From Rhodobacter capsulatus SB 1003 (GTDB lineage Bacteria; Pseudomonadota; Alphaproteobacteria; Rhodobacterales; Rhodobacteraceae), in the NCBI RefSeq assembly GCF_000021865.1, contig NC_014034.1, positions 2,430,001-2,462,000 of the forward strand: a stretch of 32,000 bases of DNA, read 5' to 3'. Shown piece after piece: positions 25,749 to 32,000 of the stretch. A program made the translations under genes and the position numbers. The notes below the pieces were generated by a model. It had not been told where the DNA came from and made no database searches. It was given only the letters and a program-made list of their open reading frames with translations. Numbering within the stretch: the stretch's first letter is position 1; every line of letters begins with the position of its first letter.

Positions 25749-26464
25749 CAGCGCCGCCCCAGAATGGCGTCAAGCCAGGCCGAAAGCCCGCCCCCCGGCA
25801 CCAGGGGCGCAAGGCCGCCCCCCGCGCCCAGCTGATCCTTGGGCCGCGGCGGCAGGTAGCGGCTGCTGGGCTTCGTGCCGAATTCGGGCATCGGCGCGAA
25901 GCCGCCGCGGTCGGCGACCAACCGGCCAAGCGGGCTTTCGGCGTCGGCGGGATCGCCGAAATGCCGCGCGCCGGTGGGACAGGCCCGGACACAGGCGGGA
26001 ATGCGGTCTTCCGCGGGCCTTGCGGGATCGTCGATGCGATTGGCGCAAAGGGTGCATTTGCGCATCACCCCCGCCACCGGATCAAGTTCCCGCGCGCCAT
26101 AGGGGCAGGCCCAGGCGCAAAGCCCGCAGCCCAGACAGCGGCTGGCGTCGATCTGCACCAGACCATCGGCGGTCTGCTGGCTCGCCCCGGTCGGGCAGAC
26201 CGGCACGCAGGGCGGATTTTCGCAATGCACGCAGGTGCGCGGATAGTGGATCAGCCGCGCCGGGGCCCCGTCCGCGATCACCTCGTAGGAATGCACGCGG
26301 TTGAGAAAGGCACCGAAGGGGGCCTTGCCATAGGCGTCGGCATCGGGCAGCCGGGTGTCCTCGTTCGCATTCTGCCAGCCCTTGCAGGCGATGGTGCAGG
26401 CGTGACAGCCGGTGCAGGCGTCAAGGTCGATGACAAGGGTGCGTTTGGGGGCGGTTCGGCTCAT
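25748..26464 (-). CDS. Four-cluster 4Fe-4S ferredoxin subunit (DmsB/PsrB-type, SoeB-like)
   Basis: Four Cys groups: CTGCHACTIAC, CVHCENPPCVPVCP, CLGCGLCAWACP and CTLC...CVRACP. ATGA overlap with the catalytic subunit gene. No signal peptide. Confidence 0.85.
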   Translation of the reverse strand: MSRTAPKRTLVIDLDACTGCHACTIACKGWQNANEDTRLPDADAYGKAPFGAFLNRVHSYEVIADGAPARLIHYPRTCVHCENPPCVPVCPTGASQQTADGLVQIDASRCLGCGLCAWACPYGARELDPVAGVMRKCTLCANRIDDPARPAEDRIPACVRACPTGARHFGDPADAESPLGRLVADRGGFAPMPEFGTKPSSRYLPPRPKDQLGAGGGLAPLVPGGGLSAWLDAILGRR

Positions 26465-29223
26465 GCGGGCCTCCGGCGCAGGATCTTCAGGGCAAGGGCG
26501 GGGAACTGCGGCAGGGCAAAGCGGCGCGGGCCGATCCGCTCGATCCGCACCCGCAGATCGAACCAGGCGGCCTGCCCGGTCACCGGATCGGCGTTCCAGG
26601 CCCGCGCGCCGGTCGCGTCGGGCGGCATCAGATCATGCATCAGGTGATTGAGAAGAAATCCCTTTTCCGCCTCGGGCGCGGTTTTCGACAGCCCCCAGGC
26701 GCCCTGCCGCTTGCCGATCGCATTCCAGGTCCAGACGGTCTGCGGATTGAGCGCCGCCATCGGCGCGACGGGAACCTCGATCGCCCCATGCGGCGAGGTC
26801 ACCCGCGCCCAGTCGCCCGCGCGAAAACCCTGTGCCCGCCAAACCGATTTCGGAATGTAAAGCACGTTATGGCCCAGGATCTGCCGCAGCCAGGCGTTCA
26901 TCGAGCCCCAGGAATGATACATCGCGGGCGGGCGCTGGGTCAGCGCATGCAGCGGATAACCGGCCTCGGTGGCGGTGTTTTGCGGCGCCGTCCAGTCGGG
27001 CAGCGGATCCATCGCCGCGCGCAGCCGCGCGCGCAAATGTTCGGGCGGCTGATGGACCCCGTGCCCCTCGGCGGCCAGCTGAAAGCGGCGCAGCGGCTCG
27101 CACCAGAGGCTGAACAGATAGGGCTGCGGCTTGTCCTGCAGACCCAGGCTCACCGCCCAGTCCTGCCAGGCCCGGTTCCAGGGCTTGAAGAACTGCGCCT
27201 CGGCCGGGATCTGCATCTGAAACACGCCGCCGTTTTCGATGTAACGGTCCAGCTGCGCCGGGTTGGGCGCACCGCGGCCATGCGCAGCGCCGTCGCCGCG
27301 CCAGCCCGCCAGAGGGCCGATGCCGGGGCGGCGCTGGTGGTGGATCAGGTAATCGGCATAATCCTTGAACGCGGGCTGGCCCTCGGGCCCGACAAAGCCG
27401 GGCAGGCCCAGCCTTGCCCCCAGATCGCACAGCACCGACTGGAACGGCCGCACGTCGCGGTCGGGCTCGGTCAGCGGCCAGCGGATCGAATCCGCCAGCC
27501 GGTCGCCGCGGCCGATGGGGCGGTCGAGCAGGCTGATCGCGTCATGCCGTTCCAGATAGGTCGTGTCGGGCAGCACCAGATCGGCATAGGCCACGGTTTC
27601 GCTGGCATAGGCGTCCGACAGGATGATGTGGGGAATGACATAGGCGCCCGTCTCGTCGCGATCTGTCAGCCAGCGCGCCACCTCCTCCGGGTTCATCGAG
27701 GAATTCCACGCCATATTCGCCATGTAAAGAAAGAGCGTGTCGATCCGGTAGGGCTGCCCGGCATGGGCATTGCCGATCACGCGTTGCATCAGGCCATGGG
27801 CGGAAAAGGGATTTTCCCAGGTAAAGGCGGCATCGATCCGGGCCGGGCGGCCATCGGGCAAAAGCGCCAGATCGGCCGGAGAGCGCGGAAAGCCCAGATG
27901 CGGACCCGGCAGCGGCTGGCCCGGTTCGGCCTTGAACTGCGGCACCGGATGGGCGGCAAGCGGCTTCGGATAGGGCGGCTTGAAACGCAAGCCCCCGGGG
28001 GTCTCGATCGCGCCCAGCAGCATCTGCAACAGATGCAGCGCGCGGGCGGTCTGAAAGCCGTTCGAATGCGCCGCGATGCCGCGCATGGCGTGAAAGCCGA
28101 CCGGGCGGCCGATCATCCGGTCGTGACGATGGCCGCGAAAATCGGTCCAGGGCTGGTCAAGCGTGATCGCCGCGTCAAAGGCGACCCGGGCCAGTTCGGC
28201 GGCCAGCGCCCGGATCCGCGCGGCGGGGATGCCGACGCGCTCTGCCACCGCCTGCGCCGAGTGGCGCGGATCAAGGTAGCGTTCGGCCAGGGTCTCGAAG
28301 ACGGTGCGGTGCCCGGGATGCCGCCCGCCCAGATCGGGCTCGACGCCCTCGCCATCAAAGGGCGCAAGCGCCCCGCTGCGGCGGTCGATCACCAGCGCGC
28401 GCCCCGTATCGTCGCGCAGGTAAAGCCCGCTTTCCGGCCCCTGCCCCGCGATCAAGAGACAGGGCGCATCGGTGAAGCGGGCGAGATAGTCCAGATCGAT
28501 CCGCCCCGCGACCAGCAACTCATGCACCAGCGCCAGGATCAGAAGCCCGTCGGTGCCCGGCGTGATCCCCAGCCAGTCATCGGCCACCGCATTGTAACCC
28601 GTCCGGATCGGATTGACCGAAACCACCCGCGCGCCGCGGGCCTTCAGCGCGCCAAGCCCGCGCTTGATCGGGTTGCTGTCGTGATCCTCGGCGACGCCGA
28701 ACAGCACCAGGATCTTCGCCCGGTCCCAATCCGGCTCGCCGAATTCCCAGAACGCGCCGCCGATCGACATGATCCCCGCCGCCGCCACATTGACCGAACA
28801 AAACCCGCCATGGGCGGCAAAATTCGGCGTGCCAAAGGCCTGCGCCCACCAGCCGGTGAAGCTTTGCGACTGATCGCGGCCGGTGAAAAAGGCCAGCTTT
28901 TCAGGGGCTTCCGCGCGGATCTTCGCCAGCCAGCCGGTGGCGATCTGCAGCGCCTCCTCCCAGCTGATTTCCTCGAACGCGCCAGAGCCGCGCGGCCCCA
29001 CCCGTTTCAGCGGCGCGCGCAGCCGGGCGGGGGCCGTCACCTGCATGATCCCCGCCGCGCCCTTGGCGCAGATCACGCCGCGGTTGACCGGATGATCGCG
29101 GTTGCCCTCGATGTAGCGCACCTGCCCCGAGCGCAGATGCACGTCGATGCCACAGCGGCAGGCGCACATGTAACAGGTCGTCTTGCGGATCTCGTCGGCA
29201 TCGGCAGGCGGAGGTGCGGTCAT
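26461..29223 (-). CDS. Molybdopterin (Mo-bisPGD) oxidoreductase catalytic subunit, DmsA/PsrA superfamily, no Tat signal (SoeA-like)
   Basis: 920 aa. The N-terminal FS0 motif CYMCACRCG...C begins at residue 17. VICAKGAAG and HGGFCSVN (candidate Mo-ligand Cys region) are present. The size and the A-B-C gene order are as in the DmsABC/PsrABC/SoeABC families. Confidence 0.85.
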   Translation of the reverse strand: MTAPPPADADEIRKTTCYMCACRCGIDVHLRSGQVRYIEGNRDHPVNRGVICAKGAAGIMQVTAPARLRAPLKRVGPRGSGAFEEISWEEALQIATGWLAKIRAEAPEKLAFFTGRDQSQSFTGWWAQAFGTPNFAAHGGFCSVNVAAAGIMSIGGAFWEFGEPDWDRAKILVLFGVAEDHDSNPIKRGLGALKARGARVVSVNPIRTGYNAVADDWLGITPGTDGLLILALVHELLVAGRIDLDYLARFTDAPCLLIAGQGPESGLYLRDDTGRALVIDRRSGALAPFDGEGVEPDLGGRHPGHRTVFETLAERYLDPRHSAQAVAERVGIPAARIRALAAELARVAFDAAITLDQPWTDFRGHRHDRMIGRPVGFHAMRGIAAHSNGFQTARALHLLQMLLGAIETPGGLRFKPPYPKPLAAHPVPQFKAEPGQPLPGPHLGFPRSPADLALLPDGRPARIDAAFTWENPFSAHGLMQRVIGNAHAGQPYRIDTLFLYMANMAWNSSMNPEEVARWLTDRDETGAYVIPHIILSDAYASETVAYADLVLPDTTYLERHDAISLLDRPIGRGDRLADSIRWPLTEPDRDVRPFQSVLCDLGARLGLPGFVGPEGQPAFKDYADYLIHHQRRPGIGPLAGWRGDGAAHGRGAPNPAQLDRYIENGGVFQMQIPAEAQFFKPWNRAWQDWAVSLGLQDKPQPYLFSLWCEPLRRFQLAAEGHGVHQPPEHLRARLRAAMDPLPDWTAPQNTATEAGYPLHALTQRPPAMYHSWGSMNAWLRQILGHNVLYIPKSVWRAQGFRAGDWARVTSPHGAIEVPVAPMAALNPQTVWTWNAIGKRQGAWGLSKTAPEAEKGFLLNHLMHDLMPPDATGARAWNADPVTGQAAWFDLRVRIERIGPRRFALPQFPALALKILRRRPA

Positions 29224-29387
29224 GGCTCTTTATCACGACTTTATTTGTGGAGTTTTTGCACATTCCGCAGCCAAATTGAATTCCAAAGACGGGGGTTTTT
29301 CAGAAGGAAATTCTCTGCACGGGGAAAGGCTCTGCCGGATCTGCCGCATTGCCCCCGCCCCGGCCCGGCCCGCCGGGCAAGGTTGCG
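29224..29387 (-). promoter_or_regulatory. Intergenic region: likely terminator of the AI-2E gene plus promoter of the molybdoenzyme operon
   Basis: A GC palindrome gcccggc-gg-gccgggc lies just after the AI-2E stop (plus strand ~29355-29370). It is followed towards 29224 by an unusually AT-rich stretch (tttatcacgactttatttgtggagtttttgcacattcc...ccaaattgaattccaaag). Confidence 0.35.
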
Positions 29388-30434
29388 TCATGCCTCCCCC
29401 CGCCGCGCGGCGCCAATGGCAAGCCCGTCGCCGTTTTGCACAACCGTCGCCCAAAGCAGCAGCGGCAAGGCGACGATGCCGCCGATCGCCCCCCAGAGCC
29501 AGAGCCCGAACAGCAGCGCCACGAAGACCAGAAGCGGGTTCAACGCCATCCGTCGCCCCACCAGCGCCGGAGTGACGAACTGCCCCTCGAGCGTGATCAG
29601 CGCGCCATAGACCAGCACCGGCACGGCCGCCGCGCCGCCATCAAAGGCGGCAACCCCGGCCAGCAGCAGCGCCACGGCCACCGCAGCCGGGCCCAGATAG
29701 ACGACGTAATTGAGCAGGAAGGCCACGATGCCCCAGGAAAGCGCGCCGGGCAGGCCCAGCGCCTGCAGCGCAATCGCGGTGGCGATGCCCAGAGCGGCAT
29801 TGATCAGCGTGATCGTCAGGAAATAGCGCGAGACGATCCCCTCGGCCCGGCGCAGGCGCTGCGACAGCTGCCCGCGCCCGGCGGGGCTGACCAGCCTGCG
29901 CGCGGCCCAGTCATAGATCTCGCTGCGGGTGAGCAGGAAGAAGAACAGCGTGCCGACAAAGGTCAGCGCCTGCGCGGCGATCGCGGGGGCGATCATCAGC
30001 GCGCCGGTGGTGACGGCGGGCAGATCGACCATCTGTTGCGGCGCGGGCCCCGCCTCGGCGCGGGCGCCTTCCGCCACCGCGCCCGAAAGCTCGCGCGTGG
30101 CGGCCTTCAACCCGGCAAACAGGCCCCGAAACGCCTTCATCACCTCCTGACTGTCGGCCCAGACCTTGGGCGCCTGATGCACCAGCTCGGCAATCAAAGG
30201 TTGCAGCAGCAGCCCGAGCGTGCCGAAAGCCGCCAGCGTCAGCACGAGGCTGGCCGAGGCCCCCATCGCCGGGGAAAACCGCAGCCTTTCCCACAGATCC
30301 GAGAGCGGCGAGAGCACGACGCCGACGACCAGCGCCAGCGCCATCGGCGCGGCAAGGTCGCGCAGCGCCGCAAGCGCGGCCACCGAGGCGATCAGCCCCA
30401 GCGCGACAAGCGAAAGCTGCGCGGCCCGATCCAT
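29388..30434 (-). CDS. AI-2E family transporter (PerM/UPF0118)
   Basis: A multi-TM protein. The C-terminal signature ...LNYVVYLGPAAV...TLEGQFVTPALVGRRMALNPLLVFVALLFGLWLWGAIGGIVALPLL is typical of the family. Confidence 0.85.
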   Translation of the reverse strand: MDRAAQLSLVALGLIASVAALAALRDLAAPMALALVVGVVLSPLSDLWERLRFSPAMGASASLVLTLAAFGTLGLLLQPLIAELVHQAPKVWADSQEVMKAFRGLFAGLKAATRELSGAVAEGARAEAGPAPQQMVDLPAVTTGALMIAPAIAAQALTFVGTLFFFLLTRSEIYDWAARRLVSPAGRGQLSQRLRRAEGIVSRYFLTITLINAALGIATAIALQALGLPGALSWGIVAFLLNYVVYLGPAAVAVALLLAGVAAFDGGAAAVPVLVYGALITLEGQFVTPALVGRRMALNPLLVFVALLFGLWLWGAIGGIVALPLLLWATVVQNGDGLAIGAARRGEA

Positions 30435-30443
30435 CGCCGCCCC

Positions 30444-31355
30444 CTAGTGCCGCGCGGCGCCATTGCGCGCGGATTTCGGCCGGGGCCCCGGCTTCGCCCC
30501 CGCCTCGGCCCTGCGCGCGGTCGCACGCGCGGCGTCCGTCTTGCGCGCCACCGCGGTCGAGACGGTTTCAAGCGTTTCCCCGGCGGCCTCGGCAACGGCC
30601 TCGGCCTTGCCGCGCAGCGTCGGACGGTCGCGCCCGAACACCCGTCCGGCCTGCACCGCAAGCCCCGCAAGCGCCAGCGGCAGCACATATTTCAGCGCCG
30701 GTCGGCTGTGCGACGACAGCGCCATCAGCCCCGCCCCCGCGGCGATGCCCGCGGCGCTTGCCGCCACCGGATGGCGCGCGGCGATGTCCTTGCCCTCCGC
30801 AAGCCCCTGCCGCGCGGCGCGGCCGCCCGCCTCCATCGCCTCCCAGACCGATTGCCGGGCGGTGACGATCAGATCCGCGGCCTCGTCGCCCAGCCCCTCG
30901 AGCCCGTGCCGGAAAGCCTCCGAGAGCTTGCGCGCCCTTTCGGCGGCGATATCGGCCTTGGCCTCGGCGCTGGCCTTGCCGGTTTCATACAGGGACAACA
31001 GCTCGTCCCGGGCGGCATCGCGGGCGGCCTCGGCGGCCGCAAGCCAGCGGTCGTCGTCCCAATCGAGCGTCTCGAAGACCGCGCCGCCCTCGTCTTCCCA
31101 GCGCGCCAGCGTCTCAGGATGCGGCGGGGTCGCGGCGGGGGCCTCCGGCTTGCGGCGCAACAGCGCGTAACCGGCCAGCGCCAGAACACCGGCCCCCAGC
31201 GCCCCGGCCCCCAGCGCCAGCGGCAGCGCCTTGGGCGCGCGCGGCGCGGCGGGTCCGCCGCCCAGGGCACCGGCAAGCGCACCCAGCTGCGAGCGCAGCG
31301 CGGTTTCCCGCGCGACAAGTTCCGCCGTCAGGCGACGTTTCGAGGAAAAGGTCAT
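30444..31355 (-). CDS. Hypothetical Ala/Gly/Arg-rich membrane-associated protein (possibly stress-related, DUF3618-like; family not resolved)
   Basis: The ATG at 31355 lies 7 nt after AAGGAG. An N-terminal coiled segment is followed by one TM (LPLALGAGALGAGVLALAGYALL), an acidic/helical middle and two further hydrophobic segments. Only 9 nt separate it from the AI-2E gene. Confidence 0.55.
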   Translation of the reverse strand: MTFSSKRRLTAELVARETALRSQLGALAGALGGGPAAPRAPKALPLALGAGALGAGVLALAGYALLRRKPEAPAATPPHPETLARWEDEGGAVFETLDWDDDRWLAAAEAARDAARDELLSLYETGKASAEAKADIAAERARKLSEAFRHGLEGLGDEAADLIVTARQSVWEAMEAGGRAARQGLAEGKDIAARHPVAASAAGIAAGAGLMALSSHSRPALKYVLPLALAGLAVQAGRVFGRDRPTLRGKAEAVAEAAGETLETVSTAVARKTDAARATARRAEAGAKPGPRPKSARNGAARH

Positions 31356-31366
31356 CGGAGACTCCT

Positions 31367-31396
31367 TGGTTGATCCGGCCCTGGTTGATCCGGTCC
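31367..31396. repeat. Tandem 15-nt direct repeat abutting the Shine-Dalgarno of the 30444..31355 gene
   Basis: tggttgatccggccc | tggttgatccggtcc (14/15 identical). On the coding (minus) strand it reads GGACCGGATCAACCA GGGCCGGATCAACCA, then AGGAG. Confidence 0.9.
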
Positions 31397-31435
31397 CTTG
31401 CGGGCCGGGGATGGCATTTGACGAAAGAAGCGGGC

Positions 31436-31765
31436 TCAGCGGCCCAGGGCCCCGCGCAGCGCCCGCCCGGCCAAGAGCAGGATCACCAGCGAGAGCGCCG
31501 CCGCCCCCCCCGAGGCGAGGCCAAGCGCGGCGGGCAGGCTCCAGCCCGCCTGCTGCAGCTGCACGACGCTGGCCGCGAGGCCCAGCCCGATTGCCGCCAT
31601 GGCCAGCATCGTGGCCAGCAGGCTCAGCATCAGGCTGCCCAGGCCCAGACGCAGCCGCGCCTGCGCCTCGATCTGCCAGAGCCTCAGACGCAGCTGCGCC
31701 ATTTCCTGCGCCGCCAGACCGATCCGCGCCAGCAGCCACAGGGTTTCACGGACACCCGCGCTCAT
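31436..31765 (-). CDS. Small membrane protein, holin-X (Phage_holin_3_6)/YqjE-like
   Basis: 109 aa. An amphipathic N-terminus (LAAQEMAQLRLRLWQIEAQARL) is followed by two TM helices. It starts 3 nt after the upstream gene stop. There are no phage genes nearby. Confidence 0.45.
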   Translation of the reverse strand: MSAGVRETLWLLARIGLAAQEMAQLRLRLWQIEAQARLRLGLGSLMLSLLATMLAMAAIGLGLAASVVQLQQAGWSLPAALGLASGGAAALSLVILLLAGRALRGALGR

Positions 31766-31768
31766 CGC

Positions 31769-31966
31769 TCAGGCCGAGGCCGAGGAAGACCGCGGCCCGG
31801 CCAGCAGCCAGACGACGAAGCCAAGCACCGGCAAAAGCAGGATCAGAAGCACCCAAAGCAGCTTCTGCCCGGTGGAAACGCGCGCGCCCAGAACGGAAAT
31901 CAGCGCCCAGAGATCGAGCACCAGAACCAGAATGCCGCCAAGGCCGGTGTAGGGGATGTGATCCAT
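31769..31966 (-). CDS. Small membrane protein with a PLDc_N (cardiolipin-synthase N-terminal-like) domain
   Basis: 65 aa with two TM helices. LDLWALISVL...KLLWVLLILLLPVLGFVVWLLAGPR matches the PLD-nuclease N-terminal domain pattern. GAGGAAG SD upstream. Confidence 0.6.
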   Translation of the reverse strand: MDHIPYTGLGGILVLVLDLWALISVLGARVSTGQKLLWVLLILLLPVLGFVVWLLAGPRSSSASA

Positions 31967-32000
31967 GTCGGTCTTCCTCGGATGGTTTCCTGTCCAACGC

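Noticed and set aside
29246-29262. CRP/FNR-type operator TGTG-N9-CACA upstream of the molybdoenzyme operon
   Set aside because: The spacing is one base longer than the TGTGA-N6-TCACA (TGTG-N8-CACA) consensus and the flanking bases do not match. It is reported only as part of an AT-rich regulatory region, not as a called site.
31436-31765. The holin-family protein as evidence of a prophage or lysis cassette
   Set aside because: There is no endolysin, spanin, terminase, capsid or integrase gene nearby. The family (holin-X/YqjE-like) is widespread in chromosomal stress loci, and the neighbours are small membrane proteins and a permease.

Overview
High-GC (roughly two-thirds G+C by eye), densely coding chromosomal segment that looks alphaproteobacterial (Rhodobacterales-like; inference only). 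I saw no rRNA, tRNA, CRISPR array, integrase or transposase. All family calls rest on motifs I recognise in the supplied translations; no database search was run.

Gene order:
1. kdpD (5' partial) and kdpE.
2. A compact glycan-tailoring locus at 2799-9764. A DegT-type aminotransferase sits on the minus strand, back-to-back with a plus-strand operon: NeuD/PglD-like acetyltransferase, WbqC-like protein, SAM methyltransferase, sulfotransferase, a second degenerate sulfotransferase-like protein, a GT2-like glycosyltransferase and a predicted beta-propeller protein.
3. A minus-strand Pot-type (polyamine-like) ABC importer operon ending in an SDR oxidoreductase. It is divergent from a LuxR-type regulator and an agmatinase-family ureohydrolase.
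4. A LysR regulator divergent from a cytoplasmic class-A-beta-lactamase-fold serine hydrolase, prolyl aminopeptidase and an OppA-B-C plus fused double-ATPase peptide importer.
5. A minus-strand three-subunit molybdoenzyme (catalytic subunit without Tat signal, four-cluster ferredoxin, DmsC-type anchor) that fits the cytoplasm-facing SoeABC sulfite dehydrogenase architecture.
6. An AI-2E family transporter preceded by three small or low-complexity membrane proteins (PLDc_N-like, holin-X/YqjE-like, Ala-rich hypothetical).

The best candidate for something undescribed is the sulfotransferase-containing glycan-tailoring locus and its C10 tract. Secondary candidates are the hydrolase-Pip-Opp peptide module, the guanidino/polyamine-like uptake module and a tandem-repeat leader at 31367-31396. 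The many long Arg/Pro/Gly/His-rich ORFs in the track are antisense or off-frame shadows typical of high-GC DNA and were not called.
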